DNA from: Spirochaetota bacterium
GTDB taxonomy: Bacteria > Spirochaetota > UBA4802 > JAFGDQ01
Assembly (NCBI GenBank): GCA_043803405.1
Contig: JAZDKB010000018.1
Coordinates: 229,935 to 293,934 of the forward strand
Direction of reading: 5' to 3'
Length of the DNA stretch: 64,000 bases
Of this stretch, positions 12,035 through 23,396 are shown piece by piece. The position numbers and the translations under genes are program-made. Each line of letters starts with the position of its first letter. Positions within the stretch are counted from its first letter, which is position 1. A model generated the notes under the pieces. The model saw only the letters and a list, made by a program, of their open reading frames with translations, ran no database searches and was not told the DNA's origin.

Positions 12035-12051
12035 GAATTTATAATTATTCT

Positions 12052-15000
12052 TTAACTTTTCTTTTTGGTGCTAGTTGACTTTTTTAACTTTTTAAATTCC
12101 TGCATCATTATTTCCTCACAGCTTGTTTCTTCCAGTTTATCCATTTGTTTGGGTCTGAATTTGCTTTCAATAAACTCCCTGAATTTATCAACATACTCGA
12201 ATATTGCAGGTACAACAATAAGCGTAATCCCGGTTGAAATTATAAGCCCGCCCAGTATTACAACGCCCATGCCTGTTCTGAATTTCGCTGCTTCACCTAC
12301 CCCGAGAGCCATAGGCAGAGTGCCTGCGAGCATAGCGAAAGTCGTCATGAGTATCGGTCGCAGTCTTATTTTCCCAGCTCTCTTGATCGCTTCTTTTCTG
12401 CTAAGCCCGGAGCGTACTCCTTCGAGCGCGAAGTCGACAAGCAGGATCGAGTTTTTTGTTACAAGTCCCAGAAGCATGATAATACCGATCATGCCGAACA
12501 TATCCATATTCTTGCCTGTTAAAAGAAGTGCAAAGAACGCTCCCGAGAGTGCAGGCGGCAGTGCCATTAAAATTGTAGCAGGCGTGAAGAAGGATTCATA
12601 CAGGCTCGACAGCACCAGGTATATGAAGATAATCGAGAGCACAAAGGCTGTTATAATATTTATTATCATATCTTTAAACGCGTCAGCCTGGCCCTTGAAA
12701 GAATAAGTAACTCCCTTTGGAAGCGGCATTTCTTTTGTTAGAATCTCTTCAGTACGGCCTATAGCAGTACCCATGGCGCCACCCTGTGAAATATTGGCGT
12801 ATATCTGAACAGCTCTTGACCTGTCCTGCCTTATTATTTTGGATTGTCCGGTTTTTAATTCACCTTTTGCCAGCGCTGTAAGAGGTATCATTCTGTTCTG
12901 TATGTTAGGCACGCGCGTTTCCATATATGTTCTGGAGAGATCGCGCTGGTCAGGTTTTAGCCTTAAGCGCACGTCGTATTCAAGGCCCTTTTCGCGGAGT
13001 TTGCCCGCCACGGTTCCTGCTATATGATAGCGAAGTTCTGTGCCTGCTGTTTTGTTTGCAACTCCAAGCATCTGCATTTTATTTTCGTCCAGAACAATCT
13101 GAAATTCCGGTTTGCCTGCTATATAACTTGACGAAATCTCAGTGAGATCCTTTATTGATTTTAATTTTTCTATTAGATTTTCCGAATAGACATTCAGTTC
13201 GTCAAGATTTTCGCCGTTTAGATTAAGGGTATACGGTTTTGAGCTTCCCATGCTTGTTCTTGAATAATTGGTTATCGATGGTTTAGCGTATTGAAATTCG
13301 GCAAGTATTTGCCTGATGTCTTTTTTTAAACCATCCATGTCTTTTTTTCTTTGATTTCTGGGGAACATGAATACCCCAATGCTTCCAATATTGCTTTCGT
13401 TATTAGCGTTCCCTGCCTGTATTGTCATATAATTAAGATCAGGTATTGTTTTAATTCTATCCGCTATTTTATTGGCAACTTCGTATGTGCCGGTAAGGCT
13501 TGTTTTAGACGGCAGTTCAATATTTACAAGAACTTCCGGCTGATCTGAGTCCGGCATAAAAGTCTTTTTTACTGCACCAAAAGCCCATATACTGCAAAAG
13601 AAAACAACACACGTTATGCCTATAACAACAAATACGTGATCAATGCTGTAGCTTACTATTTTTTCGTAGTATACATCCAGCCTGTCCTGGAAACGGTCAA
13701 AGGCCATGACAGCCCTGTTTTTTGCTTTGCCTCCTTTGCCTGCAAAATAAGCGGAAAGAAGCGGAGCAACAGCCAGCGCGTCGAAAAGGCTTATTGCCAT
13801 TGCGAACACAACAGTGAGGCCGAACTGTTTGAAAAACCGGCCGATAATTCCGCTAAGGAATCCGATCGGCAGGAAGACTGCAATGATCGTAAGCGTTGTT
13901 GCTATTACAGGGAGCATAACCTCGGTAGTGCCGAGTTCTGCAGCTTTCATAGGATGCATTTTTGCTTCAAGCTTTCTGAATATGTTTTCGCGCACAACAA
14001 TGGCATCATCGACAAGGAGTCCTACAGTTAGAGAAAGGGCCATGAGAGTCATTATGTTGACAGTGAAGCCCATAACATACATCAGTAAAAATGCACCCAG
14101 CAAACTGTTCGGTATAGCTATTCCGGTAATTATTGTTGAGCGTATATTCCCGAGGAAGAAGTACACGACTATAATAGCGAGTATTATTCCTATTATCATT
14201 GTTTCCACAACGTCGTCTATATTGTTTCTGATATATTTAGCACTGTCGAAAACATAGAACAGCCTTGGCTTCCCTTCCGTATTTTTTATAATATCGTTTA
14301 TGGCAGGCATGCGCGCATTGATTTTATCCACAACGCTGACAGGATTGGAGCCAGATTGTTTGAAAACATCCAGAATAATGCATGGCCTTGTTTCCATTTT
14401 TCTGGCTTCCTGTTTACTGTTGCTGAATATTCTTTTAAAGAAACCTGGTTTTTGATTTATATCGCTTACCGAAGAGTATATTGAGGTTATGGTTGTTGCT
14501 TCCTCTGCTCCGTCGCGTACAGTCCCTAGGTTTGCTATCGTTATTGATTTATTTACATCTCCGGAAAAACTTACTATGCTTTTCCTGATCTGCTCAAGAT
14601 TGGTGTATTCTCCGATTGCGCGGAAAAGAGTAGAAGTAGTGTCTCTGTCAAATTTGCCTACTGGCACATTTGCGCCCGCATTTTTAAGCTGGTCCGCTAT
14701 AGTACGCGCAGGTATCTCGTACGCGTTCAGCTTGTTGCGGTCAAGTTCTACCTGTATTTCTCTTCTGGTCCCGCCGCTTATTCTTACTTCGCCCACACCG
14801 TCCGACTGTTCTATCATAGGTTTTATGCGTTCTTTTGCGAGGTCGTACAGTTCGGTTGCTGAAAGGCTTGCGCTTATTGCAAGAGTAAGAACAGGAGTGT
14901 CTGTTATGTCAAACTGCTTGACAAGAGGATCATCCTCTAAATCATCCGGAAGATTGTTCCGCGCAAGATCGACTTTTTCGCGCATTTTTTGTTCAGCGTA

Positions 15001-15306
15001 TTTAATCTCTGTTTCATACGTGAACTCGGCTATTACAATTGAAATGCCCTCCATATTCTGTGAAGAAAGAGTCTTTAGGCCGGATATTGTGCTTATCTGT
15101 TCTTCAAGCGGTTTTGATATAAGTTTTTCAATGTCTTCGGGGCTTGCACCTGTATAATATGTAGTAACCGTTATAACCGGAAAATCAACAGGCGGATAAA
15201 TATCGACGCCTATGCGTTTAAGCCCTATAAATCCCATTATTACAATAAGAGCTACTATACAGCATATAAAAATAGGTCTTTTGATCGACAACCGCGCGAT
15301 ATTCAT
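12052..15306 (-). CDS. RND efflux permease (AcrB/AcrD/AcrF family)
   Basis: 1084 aa; GLLVDDAIVVRENI, KNSILLVDF, RLRPILMT. Confidence 0.95.
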   Translation of the reverse strand: MNIARLSIKRPIFICCIVALIVIMGFIGLKRIGVDIYPPVDFPVITVTTYYTGASPEDIEKLISKPLEEQISTISGLKTLSSQNMEGISIVIAEFTYETEIKYAEQKMREKVDLARNNLPDDLEDDPLVKQFDITDTPVLTLAISASLSATELYDLAKERIKPMIEQSDGVGEVRISGGTRREIQVELDRNKLNAYEIPARTIADQLKNAGANVPVGKFDRDTTSTLFRAIGEYTNLEQIRKSIVSFSGDVNKSITIANLGTVRDGAEEATTITSIYSSVSDINQKPGFFKRIFSNSKQEARKMETRPCIILDVFKQSGSNPVSVVDKINARMPAINDIIKNTEGKPRLFYVFDSAKYIRNNIDDVVETMIIGIILAIIVVYFFLGNIRSTIITGIAIPNSLLGAFLLMYVMGFTVNIMTLMALSLTVGLLVDDAIVVRENIFRKLEAKMHPMKAAELGTTEVMLPVIATTLTIIAVFLPIGFLSGIIGRFFKQFGLTVVFAMAISLFDALAVAPLLSAYFAGKGGKAKNRAVMAFDRFQDRLDVYYEKIVSYSIDHVFVVIGITCVVFFCSIWAFGAVKKTFMPDSDQPEVLVNIELPSKTSLTGTYEVANKIADRIKTIPDLNYMTIQAGNANNESNIGSIGVFMFPRNQRKKDMDGLKKDIRQILAEFQYAKPSITNYSRTSMGSSKPYTLNLNGENLDELNVYSENLIEKLKSIKDLTEISSSYIAGKPEFQIVLDENKMQMLGVANKTAGTELRYHIAGTVAGKLREKGLEYDVRLRLKPDQRDLSRTYMETRVPNIQNRMIPLTALAKGELKTGQSKIIRQDRSRAVQIYANISQGGAMGTAIGRTEEILTKEMPLPKGVTYSFKGQADAFKDMIINIITAFVLSIIFIYLVLSSLYESFFTPATILMALPPALSGAFFALLLTGKNMDMFGMIGIIMLLGLVTKNSILLVDFALEGVRSGLSRKEAIKRAGKIRLRPILMTTFAMLAGTLPMALGVGEAAKFRTGMGVVILGGLIISTGITLIVVPAIFEYVDKFREFIESKFRPKQMDKLEETSCEEIMMQEFKKLKKSTSTKKKS

Positions 15307-15310
15307 ATTA

Positions 15311-16879
15311 TTATTCCTTTATATTTTTTGGACTTAAATATTTTTCCACATTTATGTTATAGCGTTCGAATATTTCATTCTTTGCCATGTCAAGCTGCAG
15401 AACTGCGATATTGTAACCGACCAAAGCCTCGAGTTCCTGCTGGCGCGACTGCACCATGGAGTCAAGCGCAAGTTTCATGGCAACCGAATTGACTTTGCCC
15501 TGCCTGAACCTCACTAGCAGTTTTTGATAATATGTTTCCGATTCTTTGCGTGCTATTCTTGATTTAGCAAGAGTTATGTGTTGCAGTTCAACACTTTCAA
15601 TATTGCTGTGGATATCGTCCCGGACTTCAAGTTTTATATTCTGCAGATTATATTCAGTCTGTTTTGCTTTAAAGTACGAGTTCCTTAATTTCGCTTTTTG
15701 TTCAGTATCATCGAGCGGATAGCTCATCTTCAGTGTCAGGTTTAAGTTAGGATATTTTGACGACGTTGAATCTGCGAACGCGTTTGCGTAATTCGGATCC
15801 TGTCCTGCAGTGGAGAGATCTGCCCTGAACGTGAGGGAAGGAAGCGAATTGTTTTTGCTGATTCCAAGGTCCTTCTTCGCGTTCTCGTTCTCGACAATTG
15901 CGTTTTTATAATCAGTACGTTTTGCGAACGCGGCATTAAGCGCTTTTTCTTTATCCAGGTCGGGCAGCATGTCTTTTAGCTCAGTTACGCCTTTTATCTG
16001 CGTTTCATACGGCATGTTTACTGTTCTTAAAAATTTTCTGACAGCATCGCGGTACTGTTTTGAGCTTGATGCCAGCTTTGTTTCCGCTCCTGCTACAAGC
16101 GCATTATACTGGTTAAGGTCATAGCTTTCCGCGAGCCCATACTGCGAATTCCGCGCAATGATGTCTCTCACTTCCTTATCCGATTTTAGCTCAATATCTG
16201 CATTTTCCATTGCGGATTTTTTAACCGCAAGGCTCCAGTAATCTACAAGCGCGTTCAAAACCAGACCTGTCAGTTTGTCTACTATTGCCGCGCGCTGCAT
16301 CATTGCCGTATTTGTTTTCAGCTCCCTCTCTGTCCTCTCATTGTATCCGAATGCATTTTTAAGCAGTTCCTGTTTCAGGTTAATGAAGAATGAGGGTTTA
16401 TGCTGAGCAGGTGTCTTCTCAACGCCGAACGCCGGCATACCGGGATCATTCGCGTCGTAATAGATTTCCCTAACGCCTGCTGTAAGGTTGGTCGCAGTAG
16501 GGAAAAGTTTTGAAAGAGACGCAGAAGCGCTGTACTGGTAACTCTTATCTCCTGTAATCGCAGTCATACCTCCAGGAGGCTGTTTCTGGTAATTGTATCC
16601 TCCTTCAAGATTCGCTGTTGTGGAATAACGCTTGTCAAATGTCTGCAAGTCGGTATCAGTCATAATAACATCGTATTTGGCAGACTGAAGCGTGAGGTTG
16701 TTATCCAGAACGATTGAGACAATTTCCTCCAGACTCAGATTTTTATTGTTTAACGTGATAGCTTGTGTATCGTTTGAAATATTTTTTGCATCATTGTTTT
16801 CGTTCTCTTTTGCCGACAAAGCAAAAGCGGAATTAACTATTATTATGGTAAAAGCAATAATTGTAATGTAATATTTCAT
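15311..16879 (-). CDS. TolC-family outer membrane efflux protein
   Basis: Signal peptide, two helical OEP-like repeats, adjacent to RND gene. Confidence 0.85.
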   Translation of the reverse strand: MKYYITIIAFTIIIVNSAFALSAKENENNDAKNISNDTQAITLNNKNLSLEEIVSIVLDNNLTLQSAKYDVIMTDTDLQTFDKRYSTTANLEGGYNYQKQPPGGMTAITGDKSYQYSASASLSKLFPTATNLTAGVREIYYDANDPGMPAFGVEKTPAQHKPSFFINLKQELLKNAFGYNERTERELKTNTAMMQRAAIVDKLTGLVLNALVDYWSLAVKKSAMENADIELKSDKEVRDIIARNSQYGLAESYDLNQYNALVAGAETKLASSSKQYRDAVRKFLRTVNMPYETQIKGVTELKDMLPDLDKEKALNAAFAKRTDYKNAIVENENAKKDLGISKNNSLPSLTFRADLSTAGQDPNYANAFADSTSSKYPNLNLTLKMSYPLDDTEQKAKLRNSYFKAKQTEYNLQNIKLEVRDDIHSNIESVELQHITLAKSRIARKESETYYQKLLVRFRQGKVNSVAMKLALDSMVQSRQQELEALVGYNIAVLQLDMAKNEIFERYNINVEKYLSPKNIKE

Positions 16880-16984
16880 TTGGCCTCCATTTACAATTGC
16901 TTAAATAAGACAATATTTATATTTTTAAATAATTAAATCAAATTCTCGAAGCACCGGTTATTTTGGGGTGAGTTCCAAAATTTT

Positions 16985-17722
16985 TCAGGTAGCAGGCTGT
17001 TCCTTAACATCCTGACCTCTTTGCATCTCTTCAATAATTGAATCAATTGTTTCAGTTGCTTCCTTAATTATGCTGTCGGGAATGCTTGGTATTATAACTT
17101 TTTTTCCCGCAGGGCAAAGCGCTTTAAAAGTGTGTTCAATAAGAAAATCAAAAGCTTTTTTGGAATAGTCTTTTCCATAGAAATTATCGAACCACTTTGT
17201 GTTTGTAAAATGTTTGCGAAAATTTTCATAATGTGTGGTGAAAAGAATAAGTTCAAATATAACGAACATAGTATTACTGGTTTCAAATTCGCCCGATTCC
17301 ACACCTTTTTTAAGTGTGTTTTCCAGAAGCTGGAATTGCGGTAAAAAGAATTTGCTTATTATGGAAAATACTCTTTCCAGTCCTCCCCGTCCTATGTTCA
17401 TTAGCAATATTCTTTCAAAGTCCGGATCCTTTGGCCTGATGTACAATTTAACAAAAAGAAATATTTCCATGTATAAACGCTCAGAAGGCGCAAACTGGTA
17501 TTTATCCAGAAAACTGATCATCCGGTTTTTTTGTTCTATCCTGCATAAACGCAAAACCACCTGTTCATGAAGATTTTCTTTTGACTGGAAATAATAGTGA
17601 ATCAGGGCCTGATTTACTTTAGCCCCGCGGGCAATTGCGCCCATGCGCGCTCCGTCAAATCCTTTCTCGGAGAATTCGCGTTTTGCTGCCATGAGAATCC
17701 GTTCTTTTGTTTCAAACTCCAT
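16985..17722 (-). CDS. TetR/AcrR-family regulator
   Basis: KERILMAAKREFSEKGFDGARMGAIARGAKVNQALIHYYFQSKENL HTH. Confidence 0.93.
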   Translation of the reverse strand: MEFETKERILMAAKREFSEKGFDGARMGAIARGAKVNQALIHYYFQSKENLHEQVVLRLCRIEQKNRMISFLDKYQFAPSERLYMEIFLFVKLYIRPKDPDFERILLMNIGRGGLERVFSIISKFFLPQFQLLENTLKKGVESGEFETSNTMFVIFELILFTTHYENFRKHFTNTKWFDNFYGKDYSKKAFDFLIEHTFKALCPAGKKVIIPSIPDSIIKEATETIDSIIEEMQRGQDVKEQPAT

Positions 17723-17762
17723 TTTATTTCCTGAAATATTTTTTTTCGGATGTATGATAGGG

Positions 17763-17786
17763 TGTTAATTAATCAGTTAATTAACA
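17763..17786. promoter_or_regulatory. Palindromic operator, probable TetR autoregulatory site
   Basis: TGTTAATTAA-tcag-TTAATTAACA 40 bp upstream of tetR start. Confidence 0.7.
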
Positions 17787-18120
17787 ATGAATTCGATTAT
17801 TACGTCAAGATTTTTATTAAAAAATTATAATTACCGGAAAATTTTATTATAAAGACCATGAAAATTAAATTTGACTTTTAATCGATCTGCTTTCGGAATC
17901 CCCTTCAAGCGATCGAGTAAAAAAAGAAATACAGCAGGGATGATGCCCGGTTTATTATTGCTTCACATTCTCCTATTCTTCTTGCATGTCCGGAAGCAGT
18001 TATTTATAATTTCGATGATTCATGCATAAAACAAATAAAATATGAAGATACATCTCATTACAGGATATATAAAAGCTTCATGGAAGACAGAAATAAATAT
18101 TTATATAATAAGGATTAAAC

Positions 18121-19191
18121 ATGAAAACAGTACCAGTAATTCTTGCCGGAGGAGCCGGCACAAGGCTTTGGCCATTAAGCTGTGAAGAGAAGCCCAAACA
18201 ATTCCATGATCTTACAGGCGAAGGCACATTGCTGGAAACCACGATTAAAAGGCTTTTGCCGCTGCACCCCGATTTTTGCATTATCGCGACATCGGGTAAT
18301 TACGAACAAATGAGCAAAAAAGAAATAAAGAAAACCGGCCTTAACGGAATAGTGCTTGTTGAACCAATGCCGAAAAACACAGCGCCTGCAATTCTTTACA
18401 GTGCTATATATCTTTCAAAATTATTCGGCGAGTCCATAATGATAGTTCTGCCTGCGGATCACTATATCAGCAAAAAAGCAATATTTGTAAAAGCAATAAA
18501 ATCAGCAGTAAAAGAAGCCCAAAAAGGACTGCTTGTGACCATAGGAATTAAACCGGAATCGCCCGAGACCGGCTATGGATATATTAAAGCAGGTAAAGGA
18601 AACGGGAATGTGTTTGAAGTTGACTGCTTTGTTGAAAAACCCGACAGAAATACTGCTGAAAGATATTTAAGCGACGGCAATTACTACTGGAACGCGGGGA
18701 TGTTCATCTGGAAAACATCCGCAATACTATCAGGTTTTAAAACTCTTATGCCTGATCTTTACGAAGCATTTGCCCCTCTGACAGAATTAAAAGCAAATCA
18801 AATCGCTTCCGGCAAAGGAAAGGCTTTAGCGTTAAAAGAAAAAATATTTGCTTCTTTAAAAGGAATATCGATCGATTACGGGATCATGGAGAAAGCCGGT
18901 AACAAAGCAGTAATACCGGCAGACTTCGGCTGGACGGATCTCGGAAGCTGGAATTCCATAGACAGGATATTAATGCCGGATACAAACACAAACAGATGCC
19001 CGGGTAAAACAAATCCTGTTTTTGTGGCCTCGAACAACTGCTCTGTTTTCTCCGAAGGCAAAACAATAGCGCTTGTAGGTGTCGAAAATCTGGTAGTTGT
19101 CGAGTCCGGCAACAATATACTTGTAATAAACAAAAACAATAACCAGCAAGTCAGGGACGTTGTAGAGATCATCAGGAAAAGAAAGAAATAA
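18121..19191 (+). CDS. manC: Mannose-1-phosphate guanylyltransferase
   Basis: ILAGGAGTRLWPLS..PKQF, PADH, FVEKPD, WTDLGSW; no isomerase domain. Confidence 0.92.
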   Translation: MKTVPVILAGGAGTRLWPLSCEEKPKQFHDLTGEGTLLETTIKRLLPLHPDFCIIATSGNYEQMSKKEIKKTGLNGIVLVEPMPKNTAPAILYSAIYLSKLFGESIMIVLPADHYISKKAIFVKAIKSAVKEAQKGLLVTIGIKPESPETGYGYIKAGKGNGNVFEVDCFVEKPDRNTAERYLSDGNYYWNAGMFIWKTSAILSGFKTLMPDLYEAFAPLTELKANQIASGKGKALALKEKIFASLKGISIDYGIMEKAGNKAVIPADFGWTDLGSWNSIDRILMPDTNTNRCPGKTNPVFVASNNCSVFSEGKTIALVGVENLVVVESGNNILVINKNNNQQVRDVVEIIRKRKK

Positions 19192-19194
19192 AGC

Positions 19195-20052
19195 TTACAC
19201 TATTTTATTTGCATTCTTATAAGTCACAAGGATATCTTCTGCTTTTTTAAATTCGCCTTTATAAGTATATAGCAGGCTCAATTTCGTCAGTTCGCGCGCT
19301 GCCGGCTTTTTATTCATCATCTGCTTTTCCATCTCCAGTATGGTAGCATCAATATCGCCTATTTCTTTAAGTTTATTTTCAATCGTAAGGCTTTCCAGAT
19401 AATCCTTAAACTTTAAATAATGAGGACTTGATTTAACAGCAGTTGTTAAATAATCCAAAGCATCGCCGTACTGGCCGAGATGAAAATAGCAAAATCCAAG
19501 ATACTTGTTTAAAAACAGTTTATCATCCGCTATATCTTTAATATTATTTAAGTGATACAGGGTTTTTTCGTACTCTTTCCAGTCATAGTAAATATATGAA
19601 AGAAAATAATTTGATTTCAAATGCCTGTTTTCAATCTGAACAACATTTTTAAAATATTTCTCAGCCATTCGCTGATCCTTTAAATTAAAGGATGCCATGC
19701 CCGAATAAAAGTTGCCTTCAATGAAATCCGGTTTTCTGGAAAGCGATTCTTTAAAATAGTTCAGTGCGGATTTATAATCCATGTGATTATAATATTCAAC
19801 GCCAAGATTAAGCAGCAGGCGCGGGTTCCTGTCTATCCTCAATGCTCTTTCATAAGTGGATATTGCCAGATCGTTTTTGCCTGTCCTGGAATATATTTCA
19901 CCGATATTATTATATGCTTCTACAAAATTAGGGCAGATGTTTATCGCTCTTTTATATTCGTTTAAAGCAGTGTTTACGTCGCCCTTATTCGAATAATCGA
20001 GCGCTTTATTATAGATATTCAGAACCTCAATTGGAACAGCAGAAGTATTCAT
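19195..20052 (-). CDS. Tetratricopeptide repeat protein
   Basis: Repeated TPR units (EAYNNIGEIY, LLNLGVEYY). Confidence 0.85.
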   Translation of the reverse strand: MNTSAVPIEVLNIYNKALDYSNKGDVNTALNEYKRAINICPNFVEAYNNIGEIYSRTGKNDLAISTYERALRIDRNPRLLLNLGVEYYNHMDYKSALNYFKESLSRKPDFIEGNFYSGMASFNLKDQRMAEKYFKNVVQIENRHLKSNYFLSYIYYDWKEYEKTLYHLNNIKDIADDKLFLNKYLGFCYFHLGQYGDALDYLTTAVKSSPHYLKFKDYLESLTIENKLKEIGDIDATILEMEKQMMNKKPAARELTKLSLLYTYKGEFKKAEDILVTYKNANKIV

Positions 20053-20185
20053 AATAATCCTCCTTCCTGATTTAAATATCGGTAAAAAATATAATTCAAA
20101 TGATAATTATTATAATGCCATGTACGGCATATACGACATTTATAATAAATTAAAGGCTTATTTCACAGAATAATTCTCAAATGAG

Positions 20186-20677
20186 TTAAAAGTCTTCCGA
20201 TTTGCCGTTTTTAACTGAAATAATTTCAAATTTATTGGATAAATATTTTAATTTAATTTTATTTCCCATAAAAACATATTCTTTTAAATCAGCATCAACA
20301 GGATGAAACCATGCAGATTTTCCGTTGCTCACGTGAACCTTTAAAAGATAAAAATTGTTTTTATCATCAGCGAAAATCAAATAAAGGAATCCTTTGTATA
20401 ATAAATGTAAAAAAGATCTCCCCGGTATAAACCAGCTTGTTGACCCGCTTTCTTTTTTAACTGCAAGGAATTGTCCGTTTATTTCACCTGAACCGCATGC
20501 AATATAATATCTCCTGCTGTCTTCAATAATATCCGAAACAAACAGATCGTTTAATTTCTTGACCCACAGTTTTCTTCCGCCCGCTTTCAACCGGCATAAT
20601 AATATCGAAGTCTCAGGATCAAAGCGCAGCTCTGATCCTTCCATTTCAAAGGAGATAACATTTATATTCCTTTTCAT
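20186..20677 (-). CDS. Hypothetical beta-rich (propeller-like) protein
   Basis: 163 aa, repeated G..W motifs. Confidence 0.6.
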   Translation of the reverse strand: MKRNINVISFEMEGSELRFDPETSILLCRLKAGGRKLWVKKLNDLFVSDIIEDSRRYYIACGSGEINGQFLAVKKESGSTSWFIPGRSFLHLLYKGFLYLIFADDKNNFYLLKVHVSNGKSAWFHPVDADLKEYVFMGNKIKLKYLSNKFEIISVKNGKSEDF

Positions 20678-20755
20678 CGATTACTATATAATAAACGCCT
20701 TTATTGTAATAATCAATAGATTTTAAAGCATATATATGCAATCCGGTTTCCGGCT

Positions 20756-21637
20756 CTATTTTAATGAAGCAATCCTCTGCCCCATTCTGATTTTCTGGCC
20801 TTTTTTAATGCTTGCGAACTTGACGGAATTTTTTCGGAACAGCAGAATAACGGTTGAACCGAGATGAAAAATCCCGATCTCCTGCCCTTTCTTTACAGAA
20901 GGTTGACCATTTTTATTAAAAAGCAATTCTTTCTTTTCCCCGGATAATCTGTTAGTTTCTACATCCGCATAGCTAAGCGTAATTCTGCCGACATTCATTG
21001 CGCCGATTTTACACACTGCGCAAATGCCTTTGCTGTTTTTTATATAAGTAATTGCCCTTTCATTTTTTGAAAATAGCCCGTTAATGCCGTTTACCATTGC
21101 CTCTTTAACAGGAAATAAATTTCCCGGTATAGAGAAATAACCTGCGACCTTTCCGCTGACAGGAGAATGTATCCTGTGATAATCTGCAGGAGACAGGTAA
21201 AGAGTAATAAACGAACCGTCCGCAAATTCATCTGCCATGGCAGATGGGACAAGTTCTCTTAAGCTGTATTCAATGCCCTTTGCCTGGATAATCCTAAACT
21301 GGTTTATTTTGCCGAACTCGTCAATCCGCGCGTCAACAGGCGACACAATTGAATCGGATTTTAAATCTATTTTATGAACGCCGGCTTTCAGCTTTCTCGT
21401 AAAAAATTCATCAAATGATTTAAATCCTGCTGCCGGATAATCAATCTCGTACTGATTGACTTTATATGCATTACAATAATGCCGGATAACAAATTCCATA
21501 ACCGAAGCAGGCAGTTGAAGGCGCGCAATGCTCCCGAATGCTCTTGATATAAAATTTTTCGGGATTATTTTAAAGAAAAATACTAAAAAAATTTTATGTC
21601 TCATTAAATATTTTGCTCTTTTTTTTATAACTGACAA
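20756..21637 (-). CDS. psd: Phosphatidylserine decarboxylase proenzyme
   Basis: FFTRKLK, YLSPADYHRIHSP, FHLGST self-cleavage motif. Confidence 0.95.
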   Translation of the reverse strand: MSVIKKRAKYLMRHKIFLVFFFKIIPKNFISRAFGSIARLQLPASVMEFVIRHYCNAYKVNQYEIDYPAAGFKSFDEFFTRKLKAGVHKIDLKSDSIVSPVDARIDEFGKINQFRIIQAKGIEYSLRELVPSAMADEFADGSFITLYLSPADYHRIHSPVSGKVAGYFSIPGNLFPVKEAMVNGINGLFSKNERAITYIKNSKGICAVCKIGAMNVGRITLSYADVETNRLSGEKKELLFNKNGQPSVKKGQEIGIFHLGSTVILLFRKNSVKFASIKKGQKIRMGQRIASLK

Positions 21638-21767
21638 ATGTTACATCACATTTGTTTTAGAAGTTAATACAGCTTTAAATTAAAATACAATAAGTGTTAT
21701 TGCATACAAATATAACTAATTTTAGACTAGTATGATTAATCCGCTGTGTCAACAATATAAATTGGCA

Positions 21768-22700
21768 TCAGCTATTTTCAAGTTTATTTATAAAATCCGT
21801 AATATGCTGCGGTAATGGAATGCTAAAACACATCTTTTCACCGGTTTCCGGATGTTTGAATTCCAGATACACTGCCGCAAGCATAAGAAAAGGCACTTTA
21901 TACTTTGCCCATTTTTTGGAATATATCTGATCGCCGATTATCGGATGTCCGATTGACGAAAGATGAACACGTATTTGATGAGTTCTGCCGGTATGCAGCG
22001 TCAGATCCAGAGAAGAAAACAGGCCGCTCTTTGCGTTCCAGATTTTTTTTAAAATATATTCCGTTATTGCTTCCTTTCCGTTTTCGATTACAGCCATTTT
22101 GTGCCTGTATTTCGGATGTCTCCCGATCGGTTTGTTGATTACCCCGCTGGCTGTATCCGGTCTTTCACTGATTATCGCAAAATATTTCTTTACAATTCTT
22201 CTGGAAGCAAAATCTTCAGACAGTACTTTATGCGCGATGTCGTTTTTAGCTATTACCATAAGCCCGCTGGTATCCTTATCAAGCCTGTGAACAATCCCGG
22301 GCCGGATTATACCTCCTATAGAGGACAGCTTTTTAAGGTGAAAAAGCAGGGCATTAACAAGGGTTTTATCCCAGTTTCCGGGACCCGGATGCACCACCAG
22401 CCCTGGCTGTTTATTGATTACAGCAATTGAGTTATCCTCGTAAATTACTTCAATCGGGATATTCTGCGGGATAATGTCGAGCTGTTCCGGATCGGGTATA
22501 ATAATTTCAATATTATCATCCGATTTAACCTTATAATTCTGTTTTATCCCCTTGCCGTTAACCGTAATATTATTACTTTTAATAAGCTTCTGAATATATG
22601 TTCTTGATATATCCGTTTCGAGCGAATTAGTTAAAAACTTATCTATCCGCTCAAGATGATATTCTTCGGGAACCGTAAGTTCAATTTTTTCCAAAGGCAT
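21768..22700 (-). CDS. rluD: RluA/RluD-family pseudouridine synthase
   Basis: N-terminal S4 domain, RPGIVHRLDKDTSG, TGRTHQIRVH. Confidence 0.92.
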   Translation of the reverse strand: MPLEKIELTVPEEYHLERIDKFLTNSLETDISRTYIQKLIKSNNITVNGKGIKQNYKVKSDDNIEIIIPDPEQLDIIPQNIPIEVIYEDNSIAVINKQPGLVVHPGPGNWDKTLVNALLFHLKKLSSIGGIIRPGIVHRLDKDTSGLMVIAKNDIAHKVLSEDFASRRIVKKYFAIISERPDTASGVINKPIGRHPKYRHKMAVIENGKEAITEYILKKIWNAKSGLFSSLDLTLHTGRTHQIRVHLSSIGHPIIGDQIYSKKWAKYKVPFLMLAAVYLEFKHPETGEKMCFSIPLPQHITDFINKLENS

Positions 22701-22910
22701 ATTATTTTCATTAATCCTGAATAAATTTTTACCGGCGTTTCTATTAGTTAATACGGCATTTTTATGCAGTCAATATATTTATATATTTTAATGCCGCATG
22801 CAATAAATAATTATTTTATCAGATGCTATCTAAAAAATAAAATATATCAAAATATACTAGAATGGAAAAAGTAATTGACAAAAATATATTCTTTCTAATA
22901 ATCTGCGCCC

Positions 22911-23327
22911 ATGATTGAATTCGAAGATAGCACTTGCTTTGGCTGCGGGCAGGAAAACGAATGCGGTTTAAAACTAAAACTGCATTACGACTTGGATACT
23001 CAAACAGCGTTTGGAGAATTTACGGCTAACCAGCAGCATGAAGGATTACCCAATATTATTCACGCCGGTATTGTAACCGCAATGCTGGATGAAACAATGA
23101 CAACCATAAATAAATACCTTGAATTCACGGCATTAACCGGAGAACTGGCAATCAGATATCTTCAGCCGGCATTTATTAATGAGAGACTGCATATCAGGGG
23201 CTGGCATGTTAAAAAAAATAAACGCGTAATTGAAAACAGAGCTGAAATAGAAAATGAAATGGGCAAGGTTGTCGCCAGAGCAAAAGGCAAATACATAGAA
23301 GTGGATGAATTTCCGCAACCCGAGTAA
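22911..23327 (+). CDS. PaaI-family hotdog thioesterase
   Basis: [23 protein letters not shown]. Confidence 0.85.
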   Translation: MIEFEDSTCFGCGQENECGLKLKLHYDLDTQTAFGEFTANQQHEGLPNIIHAGIVTAMLDETMTTINKYLEFTALTGELAIRYLQPAFINERLHIRGWHVKKNKRVIENRAEIENEMGKVVARAKGKYIEVDEFPQPE

Positions 23328-23396
23328 ACCTAACCGGATATTTCGACAAACAAAGCATAATAATAACATAAAAACATAGACGGTTTTTTTATTATT

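Noticed and set aside
1044..16000. Many 60-220 aa ORFs antisense to or out of frame within dnaJ, dnaK, the radical SAM gene, ino1 and the RND gene
   Set aside because: Shadow ORFs of well-supported genes, with no motifs or SD sites.
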